Shown here one piece after another: positions 28,601-48,079 of a DNA stretch of 64,000 nucleotides. Below the pieces are notes generated by a model that did not search any database, had not been told where the DNA came from, and worked only from the letters and a program-made list of their open reading frames with translations. This stretch comes from Neocallimastix sp. 'constans'. Taxonomy: Eukaryota. Positions within the stretch are counted from its first letter, which is position 1, and every line of letters begins with the position of its first letter. Position numbers and translations under genes: made by a program. The stretch spans positions 248,001-312,000 of the forward strand of contig JBODTK010000144.1 in NCBI GenBank assembly GCA_050613775.1, given 5' to 3'.

Positions 28601-31600
28601 TAAAAATTTAAAGTTCTTTTAGAGTAATAATTATAAAGTTGCTTTCTCATATATTATAATTAAAATTAATATTATTTGTACTCTTTTTTTAATAATACAA
28701 ATTAAATTATATGATTATGCAATATATTTCAAGTAAATTCAAAATATATATATATATTATTATTATTTTATTTATATCTTTATTTTTATTTTTATTATTC
28801 TTTTTTCTTTTTTATTATAAAAATGTATTTTTAATATGATTATCTACACAATTTTAACCAAAATTAAAATAATTTATCTTTTATTAATATTATTTCTATG
28901 TTAAAATAAAAATACCAAAATATGAAGGATATAATTATTTTTTATTATTGAGTATAATTAAATATAAAAGATATAAAATAACCAATATAATTGTTTATTA
29001 TAAATAATTTAATTAATAATATTAATAATTTTATTAAATGATCATAGTTAATTATATTTTAATAAATTATTATTATAAATATCATAAAATGTATGAATAA
29101 TTTAAATATTTTTTTGATATTTCAAATGATTAAAATTTATTGACCTTATGATTATCGTATTGTAAGTTTATATTTTTTTATGATGTATTGTAAATAACAA
29201 ATAGTCAAAATAATTAATAAATTATTTAATTATAAAAAATTTATATATACATTAATTTTTATTAAATAATGACATTTAATTTTAATTTTATGATATATAT
29301 TATTTCAATTTTGTTGTCAATATGTTATATAAAGCATTTTTGATTTTATAAAGGTAATGAAAAAATTTTAAATTAAACTTTTTAAAATTATGATTAATCA
29401 TAATAATTGGATATAGATTATGAAATATACTTTATGATTTATGGATTTTAAAAGAAAATAAAATAAATATTAATAATAATTAAAGTTTAGATAATTAAAA
29501 AATGAGAAGATAATAGTTAAATATTATATTCCTTATTTATAATAAAATTAATCATTTTTTATCCTTAAAAAGTAATATTAATTAATATTAATAATATAAT
29601 ATAATATATTGATAATATGAAATAAAAAATATTATTGTTGCATTACTGTTTAAAGTTGTTCTTTTTTTTTTTTATAAATATCAGTAAATTGACTAAATAT
29701 ATATATATATTAATCAATTTTATTAATGTTTAAATATTTGTTAATATATATTATATATTTATCATTTTTATTACTGTTATTATTATCTTTCATTTTTATT
29801 TAAACCTATAATAAATATTATTTATATTTATAGATTACTTTTTATTAGATGTAAAGAAAAAATTAATTTTTTTTATTTGATATTCTCAATATGCTTTTAT
29901 ATATATAATATAAATATATATATTATTATTTTATTTATTTATTTGTGTTTTTATTTTATCTTTATTTTTATTTTCTTATTTTTTTTTTTTTTTTTTTTTT
30001 ATTTTTGGTTATGAAATTCGCAAAAAAAAAAAAAAAAAAAAAAACTAAAAATTTATATCATGATAATTTTTCTTTACATTTTATTTGGTTTTATATAATA
30101 CGATTAGTATATTTTTATCCATATTAAAAGTATTAAATTAATTACTAAGTAGTTTTCATTTAATATGTTAAGTAAAGAAAATTTAAGTACAATCCAGTAA
30201 ATAAGAAGATATTCTAATATATATTATTAAATCTTATTTTTAATAAAATGTCATTATATAATGAAGTTAATGATAAATTATTTATGATTTATTTATGATA
30301 TGCTATTTTTTATTTCCTTTTGTTTAACATTTTTAACTTTCAATAATTTATTATTATATATTGTTTTAATTTATTATAATTAATTTCACGTTATTTAAAA
30401 TATAATTCATTATAATTTCATGTTATTTAACTGTATTGAAAATATAATATCAAAATTTAGAAATAAGAAATTTATAATATTAATAATTAATAAATATTTT
30501 AACATAATTATAATAAGAAATTATTTAAATATATATTAAAATATATAGTGAAATATTTTATCATAATATAGTTTAAAAATATATTATGATAAAATAACCA
30601 AAGATAAGATTATATTTAATATATTTATTTAATTTAATTAATTACTCAATATTTGAAATTTATACATGTAACATCATTGATATTTAAAAATTAACTCATA
30701 TTTAAAAGAAGAAAAATGTACTATTTATAGAAATTTAGTTATGAGGATATTTAAAATAATCATTTATATATAAATATGTCAATATGTCAATATAATAAAA
30801 TTTAGTCCTTATTTTTGGTAAAAATAAAGACTTTTTAATAAATAAACTGTATTTTATATGAAGAAATTAAATATAATATATATATTTATTGTTATATTTA
30901 TATAGTAAAAATTTATAATTAATATATAAATTATATTTTGTAATAATATTTATTGTATATTTATTGGTATATATATATATATATAATAAAAATTTATAAT
31001 TGAAATAATTATATATACGTGTTTTAATGATTTTATAAATAAAATTTAATTTGATATCTTAATAGATATTAAATAAAATTTATTGTTGATATAATTTTTA
31101 TCATTTTATTATATATGGCTTAAATAATAAAATATTTGTGAAAATAGTTCTTTAATTAATAATATTAAAAATTTATTATATAGTTTTAATATATAATATT
31201 TATTATATTATTTAACATTATAATATTAATAATACTGTTAATAATAATAATAAATTAAAATTATAATAAATAAAAAAAAAAAAATAAAAATAATAATAAA
31301 ATAAAATAACAGTAGCAATAAAATAATAATAAAATAAAATAACAGTAGTAATAAAATAATACTATAATAATAATAAAATAATAATAAAATAATACTATAA
31401 TAATAATAATAAAATAATAATAATAAAATAATAAAATAATAATAAAATAATAATAATAAAATAATAAAATAATAATAAAATAATAATAAAATAATAATAA
31501 AATAATAAAATAATAATAAAATAATAATAATAATAATAATAAAATAATAATAAAATAATAATAAAATAATAATAGTATATTATGGAATAAAGTTTTATAA

Positions 31601-32930
31601 ATTTGTCGGATAATCCTCTTGAGTCTTAAACTATAATAAATGTTATTAATTATATTTACGTGTTTAATTATTATCAAATTAATTTTAAATTAATTGCATA
31701 TATATATATTTGTGTTTTTAACAATGAATAAGCAAATAAATAACTAAATAACTAAATAAATAATAACAATATTAATAATAATTTTTCCAAATAAATAAAT
31801 TTTATATATAAATGATAATTTAGGATTAATATTTTATTGATTAAAATATATTTTATGAAGTTTAATAAAGTTGATCGTATTATTCTATCGTTTCTAAATA
31901 TAATAAATGTCAGTAATTTATATTAGTATCCCTAATAATAATATTATATATTTTATACTATTTTATTTTATTTTATTTTATTTTTTTTTTTAATTATATA
32001 GAAATTATGAATATGATTTTATTTTATTTTATTTTATTTTTTTTAATATTATATAGAAATTATGAATATGATAAGTGAATTTTTACCATTTTCCTTCTTT
32101 TTAATGAAAAAGATAGAAATAAATGATGCATCCATGTTTTTTTTTTTCTTTAAAAAAGATTCTTATTTTCTTTTTATAAAAAATATTATATCATTTTTTT
32201 TTATTCTAATTATTGACCAATTATTTTTTTTTAAAAAAGTTATCGTTATAATTAAAATAATTAGCAAATTTTATTGTGTGTTATTAAATATTTATTTTAA
32301 ATGAATTTTATTTATACTATTTTATATTTCATGGAAATTTTTAAATAAAATTTAAATTTTTTTTTTTTTTTTTTTTTTTATTTTTTAATGAAAAGAATCT
32401 AAGTATAAAATAATATAAAAAATTAGTAATGAAAAATAAAAAAAAATTTTTAATGTAATACGGAGAATTATTTAATTTTAAGGTTCGTATAAAATTTCTT
32501 TTTTTTTTTTTTTTTTTTTTAATAGTAAAGGTATATATTAATAATATTAATTATTGAATTTTTTATTAAAATAATTTTATCAGGAATATTTTTTTTTTTA
32601 CTTTTATTTTTTATTTTTTTTTATTTTATTTTTTTTTTTTTTTTTTTTAGTTTTTCTATCAATAATAATATATATATTTATAATTTATTAATTTTTAATT
32701 AATTATAAAATAATAACAATTAATAATAATAATAATAATAAAATTAATTAAAAATTATATAAATTTATTAATATAAAGCTCCATTAATAACTTATAGAAC
32801 ATATATATATGTCTATTTTTTAATTAATTCCAAATTAATTTTATTAATTATAATAATATAAAATATTACTAAGAAAAAGAAAAATAAAAAAAAAATCATC
32901 TCCTAATAATATTATATACATTGAGGAACA

Positions 32931-35900
32931 ATGGATTCCGAAAATAAACAGGAAGTTATTAGTAATGATGATTCATCAGAAAAAGACATCTCATTAGTAG
33001 AAAATGATTCATCAGTAAAAGATAATTCATTGGTAGAAGATGATTCCTCGGTAAAAAATGATGTAATCGGTGATACTGAATTAGATAATAAAGTTAAAGA
33101 AACTGAAAATAATGATAGTCAAACAGAACAAAAACAAGAGGAGGAAGAAGGAGATGAAGTAGAGGAAGAAGAAGGAGATGAAGTAGAGGAAGAAGGAGAA
33201 TTCCCTGTTGCTCAAGAGGAAAAAAAAACTATTGTAAAAAAAATTCGTTTTGAGGATGAAGTTGAGAATGAAGATAATAATGATAATACTAAAGATAATA
33301 CTAAAGATAATATAAATGAAAAAACAACAACTGATAATAAAGATGTGACCAAAGAAAAACGTAATTTTTTTTTATTTATTTATTAATTTTTTTTTATTTT
33401 TAATATAAAAATGTTATATTTATATATATATAAATCTTTTTTTTTTATTTTTTATGTTTTTTTTTTTTTTTTTTTTTTTTATTTTTATTTTTCTTTAATG
33501 TATATTTTTTATTTTTTATTATTCTTTCTATTATTACTGTTACTATTGTTAAAATAAATATTTAGATTAGATACTTTTTTTTTTTTTTATTTATTTTTTT
33601 TATTTTTATTTTTATTTTTATTTTTTTTTTTTTAATTTTTAATTATTATTATATCATAATTAATTTAATTTTAATTGTAATTATATCTATATTTATTTAC
33701 AAAGAATTTAAAACAAAAATGGATGCTCTTCAAGAAACAGAAAATAAAATAGCAAAGGATTTGGAAGATTTTATTCATGAAAGAAAAAGTTTTGAACATT
33801 CATTTAAAATTATAGAACAAGAGTGTTTAGATTTTCTAAATAATGTTGGTGAATTTGAAGAATATCATAAATATATAACGGAATTTGAAAAATTAACAAA
33901 AATTATTCAAAAATCATTTAAAATGAATTCTAAACAATTTAAACAATATATGGAGCTTTGTGATTCTTATATGGAAAATCAAAAAGTAATTCATGAAGCG
34001 ATGAAGGAATCTCAAGAAAATCAGGAAATTATTCAGTCATTACAGAGTCAAATTAAGACAGCAGTGGAAACTATAGAAAATAATGAAGTTCGTGAAGAAA
34101 TGGAAAAAGAAGAATTAAGAAAATTAAAACAAGAAATTTTAAATTTAAATACAACAATGAATCGAGGTGTTAGTTTAAATGTTAATCAAGAAAGAATTGT
34201 TAATGAACTTTTAAAAACAAAAGAACAGACTAATAAAGATTTAGAAGAGGAAATACAAGAAATTCAAGATGTTAGAAATGAAATTATTAATATAGCGGAA
34301 AATATTAAAGCATATGATATTCAGAGACAAGAAATTGAGCAAGAAATATATTATTTGAAGGATAAAAATATTCAAAAAAAATTAGAAATAGATCTTGAGA
34401 CCAAAACAAAGGAAAAAATTGAAAGAGATCTTCGAGAATTGAGAACAACAGTATCAGCAAAGATACAAGAAGTTCATACTAAACATGAAGCCATTAAACG
34501 TACTAATGAAGAGAATGAAAGTTTAGTAGAAAGTATAGAAAATCAGAAAAATGAATTTGAAAAATTAAATAAGGAAAAGGAACAACTAACCTTACGAGTT
34601 CAAAAATTACAACAAGAATTTGAGGAACAATCAGCGATTACTAATAAGATTATTGGAGAGAATGAAGGATTGAAAAAAGAATTAAAAGAAAGAGAAGATA
34701 ATATTACTAGAAATAAAAATGAAATTAAAAAAATCAGAATAGTCCATAATCAATATAAGAAAAAGATTCAAAAATTAGAAGAACAGAAACAAGATGCCGA
34801 TAATAAAAGAAGAGAAATGAAAGAAAGATTAACAGAAATTGAAATTGATAGGAAAAAGGAACAAAAATTTATTGATCATAGTAAACGTATTCTGGAGAAT
34901 TTAGCTCGTGAAAACTTTATTTTAGAAACTAATATTGATAAAGTTGCTGGTCGTACTCAAAAATACTCACAATATATTTTAATTTGTGAACAATTACAGC
35001 ATCATATAAAGATGCAAAAGCAACGATTTGTGATTGAAGCTTCCCAAATTTCATCAGATATAAAAGCTAAAAAAGCCGAAATTCAAAATATTTCAAATGA
35101 TATTGTTAAAATTCAGGAAGAATGTGTTAAAACAGTTAAGACTATCAAACAGAAGGAATTAAAAATATATGAATACCAAAAGAAAGTAATAAATATAGAA
35201 AAAAAATTGAAAAGACAACAAAACTTATATGATGCATTACAAACAGATAGAAATCTTCATAGTAAAAAATTAATTGGAGTTCAATCTGAAATTGGTGAAA
35301 TGAAACAGAAATTAAAGATTATGAATTATCAAATATCTGGATATAAAGAAACTATTCTTTGTAAAGAAGATCTCTTAAAAACTGAGAAAGCAGATTATGA
35401 GAAGTTGAAAAAAGATACTGATCAAATTAATGAAGAAATTAAAAATTTGAAACTTCAGAATGATATTGCCCAAACCTATATTAGAAATCAATTGACCGAG
35501 GAAGCTAAATTAAATAAATTTGTAAAAGAAGCAGAATTAGAAAAATCTAGACAAGAAAATACATTATCAGTACTTGTAAGAGAACGTGATAATTTGAGTT
35601 CACAATGGATTAAACAGAATTCTGATTTACAAAAAGCATATAATAATTTAGAGACAGTTCAATCTTCTATACTACGAGAGGAAGTTAAATATAATGAAAG
35701 AATGAAAGAAATACGTCTTCTTTATGAAGAAATTTGGTCATTGAAACACCAAAGAAATATATTAAAGGCCAAAGTTTCTGATATTGATTTAATGAAAAAT
35801 ACTATTTATAGGTTAGAAAATCAACTTATTGAAGAAAAAACTCATGAAAAGGCATTAGAAGATGAATTAAAAAAACCAATAAATGTTCATCGTTGGAGAC

Positions 35901-36253
35901 AATTAGAAGGAACTGGACCACAAGAATTAGAAATGCTGAAATTACATCAAACATTGCAACAAAAACTTATGGAAAAAACAAAGTCAGAACAACAAAAAGA
36001 TGAACAAATTCGTAAAGTAGAGAAAAAATACCTTCAATTGAAAATGATTTTATCTAAAAAAATTGGATCAGAAGCAATGGAACAAATTGCAGAATATAAT
36101 CAAATTTTGAATGATAAAAAATCTAATTTAAAACAAATTGAAACGGTAAAAATTAATAATAATTAAATAATTTTGTTTCTATTATATATATATATATATA
36201 TATATAATAATTATGTTTTCAATTAAATAATAATAATAACAATATGTATGAAA

Positions 36254-36304
<51 letters not shown>

Positions 36305-36520
36305 TTTTTTCATACATATTGTTATTATTATTATTTAATTGAAAACATAATTATTAATAGATAATCATATATTAATATAATTAATATTATATAAATTTTT
36401 TAGGAATTGGAAATGTACCAAAATCAATCGAAAGAATATAAATATATAATAACTGAATTAGATGAGAGGATAAATTCCATAAAGAATGACTATATAAAAA
36501 ATGCAGTTAAAACTAAGTAG
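32931..36520 (+). CDS. CFAP58: Cilia- and flagella-associated protein 58-like long coiled-coil protein, 3 exons
   Basis: Exons 32931-33360, 33705-36145, 36404-36520 join in frame. Long coiled coil with QQNLYDALQTDRNLHSKKL and ALEDELKKPINVHRWRQLEG motifs characteristic of CFAP58/CCDC147. Acidic N-terminal extension. Confidence 0.85.
36205..36356. repeat. ~150-bp palindrome in CFAP58 intron 2
   Basis: 46-nt arm taataattatgttttcaattaaataataataataacaatatgtatg + A-run + (AT)n + T-run + the exact reverse complement of the arm. Confidence 0.95.
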
Positions 36521-38381
36521 CTGATTTCCATTTAAAATTTAAATACAAATTTATATTTATTAATTTTTATATATTGATAAATATTTAATATTTAATAGAT
36601 ATATATTAAATATTAAATAAAATTTATAGAGAAAGTATTAAATAAATTCTATTAATTTATTATTTTTATTATTAATATTTTTTTTTTTTAATTTTTTTTT
36701 TTTTTAATTTATATTTTATTATATTTATAATTTTTAAGAATATATATACGTAAATTATTTTTAATTTTGTCAATTTTTATATATTTTTTTTAAGCTATTT
36801 TTTAATAAATAAATTAAAATAAATAATATATTTAATTTAAATTTCTAATCATCTATTTTCTAATTTTTTTTTTTTTTTTTTTTAGTTATTTAATTAAATT
36901 TAAATTTTTATAATTAAAGTTAATTATTATTATTATTTTTTTTTTTTTTGATCTTTTGAAAAGATGTATAAATTTAAATATTTAAATATTTTATTATATT
37001 AAATAAAATTTATAATTATCCACTATAAAATTAAAAAATTTAAATTATAAATAATATTATAATTTTAATGATAATTAAAATAGTTAAGTTGCTGATATAT
37101 TGAAATTAATATATAAAATTTAAGATTTTATTAAATTTCAATTTTTAGTATTTTCTAATTCACTAACAACAAAAAATTGTATTAGTCATTTTTCATATCA
37201 TGAATATTGAACTATGGCTAATGAATATTAAACTATTTTAATATATCAATATAATTTTTTTTTTGTTTCAATTTATTAAATATTTTAATTATATTTCTAT
37301 ATTATAGGTATATTTATGAAACAATAATCTTTAAAAAAAAATTTCAAAATTTTTTTTTTTTTTAATTTTTGAAAAATTATATAAAAATCAAGTGTAAATA
37401 CAATAGTGATAAAGAAAAAAAAGATTAACATAATATAATATTATAAATATTAATAATTTTAATATATTTTTTATAATAATTTTATTGATTTTAAATACAT
37501 TTTTTTTTTTCATATTTTTATTTTATAAACTTTATTTTTTAGTAAAGAACTTTATTTTTTATATTTATAAAATTTTATTTTTAATAAATTTATTTAATTC
37601 AAAATAAAATCATTAATATATATATTCTTTAAATTAATAATTAAATTATTAACAATTAATTATATTTTATGAAACAATAACCTAAAAAAAAAAAGAATTC
37701 TTATTTTTTTAATATAATTTTTTAAAATTATATACATATAAAGTGTAAAAATATATAATAATGACAAAGAAAATAAAAATAATATATTTCAAATATTATT
37801 TATATTTTTTATTATAATTTTTTTTTGTTAAAATGAATATCATAATATCATATAATAATGGAATATATAAAACTTTTTTTAGTTGTCTAATATTTAATAT
37901 TAATTAATAATTTAAGTTTTATATATATTTTATATATTATATATATAATATATATCTATAATTATTTGTTATTTAAGACTTAATATATTTATGAATGTTA
38001 TGTAAATTTGCACTTTTTTTTTTTTTTTTTAATAATTTTATAATATAATATATGAAGAGACTATCTCTTTTTTATTGAGTCTCCATTTCTCCATAGATAA
38101 ATAGTGTGATTTTAATAATAAGGTTATTAATATATTGATTTGCTTCAATTAAATTAGATTAAGTTTTTTGCTAGTTTTTAATAGAACTTTTTTATTTATT
38201 TATTTATTTTTTTTATTTTTATTTTTTTTTTTTTTAAAGATAAATGATATATATATATAAATTACTATAATTGTCATATGAAAAAAAAAAAAAAAGAGAT
38301 AATAATGCAATATATTGAAATCTTACATATGGTCTAGTTTTGTTAAATTAATCAAAAGTATATTATAATTTTAATATATCC

Positions 38382-42911
<4,530 letters not shown>

Positions 42912-42965
42912 AAGATTTAAAAACAAAAATAAAAATAAATAAAAGCATAAAAAATTTAAAATTAC

Positions 42966-43047
<82 letters not shown>

Positions 43048-43068
43048 TAATAATAATAATAATAATAA

Positions 43069-43099
<31 letters not shown>

Positions 43100-43330
43100 T
43101 AACAATAATAATAATAATAATAATAATAAAAATAAAAAAATAAAATGGTAAATTTTTAAATGATTGTTAAATTTAATAGATTAAAATTTGAAATATGAAA
43201 TAACTTAATGAATGAATAAATGAATAAATAAATAATAAATAAATTAAATATAATTATATAAGAATATAATGATAATAAAAAAAATTATAATTGTTTAATA
43301 CCATTAGGTTAATAATATTTTTTTTTTTTT

Positions 43331-43387
<57 letters not shown>

Positions 43388-43512
43388 TTTTTTTTTTTTT
43401 TTTTTTTTATATTTTTTTATATTATAGTTTTTTTTATTTTATATTCCAATATAATTTTTTTTATTAAATTTCATCAAAAATTCTTAATGGTTTGTAAGGA
43501 TATATAATATGG

Positions 43513-43587
<75 letters not shown>

Positions 43588-44353
43588 TTAGATTATTATT
43601 TTTTTTTATAATTTTTTTAATTTTATATTCCAATATAAATTTTTTTATTAAATTTTATTAAAAAATTCTATAAAATCATTATATAAGGATATATAATTTA
43701 TGAAAATTTAAAATTTGAATTTTAATGAAATAAAAAAAAAAAAAATTTAGCAAGAACGGAAAATTTTAAAAGTTAATAATTAATTTAATAATTTTAAACT
43801 TTATATTTAGTAATTAAATTAAAATTTCCTATATATATTTTATCTTTTTTTTTTATATAAAGTTTTTTTTTTTTTTTTCTCTTATTTTTTTTCTTCAATT
43901 TTTTTTACTTTATTTTATTCTTATTTTTTTTTTTTTTTATGATATATTATTATTATTAGTATTATTTTTAAATCTTATTGATTTAAATTTAATGAATTAC
44001 ATATTTAATATTAAAATAAAATAAAAAAAATTTAAAAATCATATATTGAAATTATAATAAATATAATAATAAATATAATATAAATATAATTAATATTTAT
44101 AATTTTAAATACACCGAGGAATTGAAAAAATTTTTTTTCTTTTTAAAAATTATACAAAACAATTTTCATATATATATATATTTAATCTAAATAATATAAA
44201 ACAATTAATAAATATTTAAATATTCATTAGTATATTAAATAAATAAGAGTTGAAAGACAAATAAATAAATATAGATAAACGGGAAAATAAAAAATATTAT
44301 TATTATTTTTATTTTTTTCTTTTGCTTTTATTTATATATATAATTCTTAAAAA

Positions 44354-46651
44354 ATGCAAGTGGAGAAGGCTAGAAATTTGAAACAAGATAATTTGCTAAA
44401 GGCGAGAAATTTACAAAATGCCAATTCAAATACAAAAACATCGTTAATTACACAAACATATTCCCAAAGGTCAGTTATGAATGTATTTGAAAAATATCAG
44501 CATGATCGGTTAACATTTGTTCAAGCAGTAGCTGATCTTGCCTCAAGAGAAACAAATATTCAAGCATTGCAATCAATGGATGTCATTACTCTTCTTAAAC
44601 CATTGTTATTAGATTCTGTTCCAGGAGTTCAACAAGCGGCTGCATTGGCTCTCGGTAGATTAGCAAATTATAGTAGGGAAATGGCTTATAATATGGTTAA
44701 CAATGATATTTTATCCCAACTTATTTATTCAATAAGTGAAAAGAATGTAATTATTATAATTATTTTTTTTATAAATGAAATATTATTGTTTTTATTATTA
44801 CTGTTAATATATATCAAAAAATATTTTTATTAATTAATTATTATTTTTTTTTTTTCAATGATTATTTATGCATTTATTAATATATATATATATTAATACA
44901 TATTGTTTACTATTAATTTTAATATTAGCATTTTTATAAAAAAGCAAGCTGCTTTTTATTAAGAGCAATTTCTAAACATAATGCAGAACTTGCAACTGCC
45001 GTAACAAATTCAGGTGCCGTTAATGCATTAGTAGCATGTCTTGAAGATTTTGACCCAGGAGTTAAAGAAGCAGCTGCATGGGCAATTGGTTATATTGCTA
45101 GACATAATGAAGGTAATTTTTTTTTTTTTTTTTATTATGATAATTATATATATTTTAATATATATTAAATTATTCTTATTCTTATTCTTATTATTATTAT
45201 TATTATATAATGATATAAACAGAACTTGCACAAGTTGTTGTTGATGCTGGTTCTATTCCATTATTAGTATTATGTGTTCAAGAACCTGAAATTTCATTAA
45301 AGAGAATTGCTATTTCTGCTTTAGCTGATATTTCCAAACATTCACCGGAGGTAAGTACATAAATATATTATTTTTTAAATTTGAAATGAAATTTAATACT
45401 AAATTAATTTAATTATTTATATAATCAAATTTCAATGAACTTAATTAAATAATTTAATACAAAATAATAAAATCGAAAAATTAAATTATAAATATAAAAA
45501 ATTATATTATATTTTAATTAAAATAAATTTAAATATTAAAAAAAAAAAAAAAAAATAAATAAAAGATGGCTCAAGCAGTTGTTGATGCTGATACAATTCA
45601 CTTTATTACGATGTATATTACTCAGTTAGATAACAAACTTCAACGTCAAATCTGTTCATGCTTAGCTCATATTGCAAAGCATAATATAGATCTTGCCGAA
45701 TCTGTTGTTGATATGGATATTTTACCAAATATATTTATATGTATGAAGAGTCCAGATCCATATGTAAGAAAGAATGCTGCATCATTAATTTGCGAATTAA
45801 CGAAACATTCTCCAGATGTAAATATTAATATATTTAAATATGATAATTTATTTATTATTATTTTTCTTTTTAATTTTCATTTAATTTTTCTTTCAATTAA
45901 ATATCTTTTAAAAAAATATTATTACTAAATGTTTTATTAATAACATTAATATTATTAAAAGTTGGCCCAATTAATTGTTAATTCAGGAGGTATTGTTCCA
46001 ATTGTCGAATATTTGAAAGAATCATCAGGTAATGCTAGAATGCCAGCTCTTATGGCTTTAGGTTATATTTCAGCATTTTCTGAAACTTTGGCTATGTCTG
46101 TTATTTTGGCTAAAGCTGTACCAATATTAGCTATTGCATTAGATGAAGAAGTAGAAGAACATTTATTGGTAAAATTTTAATTATAAATATTTAAATTTTA
46201 AATATTTTTAATTTAATAATATTTCTAATTATTTATAAATATAAATATAAATTATGTTTAAAATTAATACATATTAATAAAAAAAAAATTAGGCTGCATG
46301 TTCATGGGCTATTGGACAAATTAGTCGTCATAGTCCCGATCATGCAAAGATTGTTGCAGATAATGGAATTCTTATTAAATTATTATGCATTATTAAAGCC
46401 ACTATTAATGAAAATACTAATTCAGATCTATTTGTTAAGGTAAAATAAGATAAAATAGATAGTTTATCTTATTTTTTTTTTAACATTTAGTTACTAAAAT
46501 TTATAATATTTATCTATCTATTTATTTATTCTAAATTTATTATATTATATTTATTAAAATAATGAATAATATAATAAAAATAAATAATTATATATGTATT
46601 AATATGTATTAATATTAATAAAAATAATAAATAAATAATATTAATGATATA

Positions 46652-46708
<57 letters not shown>

Positions 46709-47507
46709 TTAGACTAAACGTGCAATGAAAGCTATTATATTAAAGATATTGAATATTGAATTACTAGATCCTTTATTAGAAGTAGATACGCCATATTGTG
46801 TATTAAAACACCTTATTGCTCAATATGCTAAGCTTTTACCATATGATATTGCTTCAAGAAGAGCTTTTGTTATAAGTTCTGGATTAGCAAAAATACAACA
46901 AATTGCTATGAAATACGCACCACAATTAATATCTGCTGATTTAGCATCAAATAATAAAACAAAAACAAATGAAGAAGACAGTCACCACAATGATGAAAAT
47001 GCTTCTCTAAACAATTCTAAGTTAGCAGAAGCCATTAGAACAATTAATTCATGCTATCCAGAAGAGATTGTTCATTATTACTCTCCTGGCTATTCTACAT
47101 TATTATTAGAAAAATTAAATAACTTTAAATATGATGGTACTCAAAAAGATGAAAATAATTATGAAGAAATTTCCGGAATGACAGTACAAAATGAACAAAA
47201 TGATAATAATGAAAGTCCAAATTCTAGTAATTATAATAATAATATGAATACAGATGCTAATGAACCAACTGCAAATGAATCAGGTGCTAATGAACAAATT
47301 ATTAATGATCCAGTTGTTAACGAATCAACTGCAAACGAAACAGCTGATAATGAAGTAAGTGGTGAACCAGCTACTAATGAAACAACTGTAAATGAATCAA
47401 ATGGCAATGAAACTAGTGGTAATGAAATAACAACTAATGAAACGGGTGGTAATAATGAAAATATAAATAATGATGAAACTATAAATCACCAGGATTCATC
47501 TGAATAA
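44354..47507 (+). CDS. SPAG6: Sperm-associated antigen 6 / PF16, armadillo-repeat axonemal central-pair protein, 7 exons
   Basis: Exons 44354-44746, 44929-45112, 45223-45350, 45566-45817, 45962-46168, 46293-46439, 46713-47507. Motifs SQRSVMNVFEKYQHDRLTFVQAVADLA, QQAAALALGRLANY, CLEDFDPGVKEAAAWAIGYIARHN, INSCYPEEIVHYYSPGYS. Confidence 0.95.
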
Positions 47508-47764
47508 TGAACTAATAATATCTAATAATATTAAATATATATATATATATTATTTTTTTTTATAAAAGAAATTATTAAAATTCAAATTAAATAACAATTT
47601 AATATAAAGATTACTATTATACATTTAATTAATTCGATAAATAATAAAATTTAAAATATTTTTTTTTTTTTTTTTTTTTTCATTTATTATTTTTTTTTTT
47701 TACAATTAATAATTATTAATTTTATATGACATAAACATTTTTCATATTATTAGTAATATAGATT

Positions 47765-47808
<44 letters not shown>

Positions 47809-48079
47809 TAAAGTCAATATTTTATTTTTATAAATAAGATTTTTATATTTTTATACATAATTTTAAAATTTTTTAATATTTTTAATTTTTGATATTCATT
47901 GTTTAATTTTTATAATTTGACTTAATTATCAATGTATATACTATATCATTTTTAATAAATTAATAAATAGTAATTTATACAATAATAATATTTTTTTTTG
48001 TCAAACTTTAACTTTATTATCAATTTTCATAAAAAAAAAAAAAAAAAAAATTATCTAATTAACGACCATAGAAAATTAT

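Noticed and set aside
37315..37790. Diverged local duplications (also ~43430-43700 and ~50625-50775)
   Set aside because: They are real but appear to be ordinary short tandem duplications without TSDs, tails or coding capacity.
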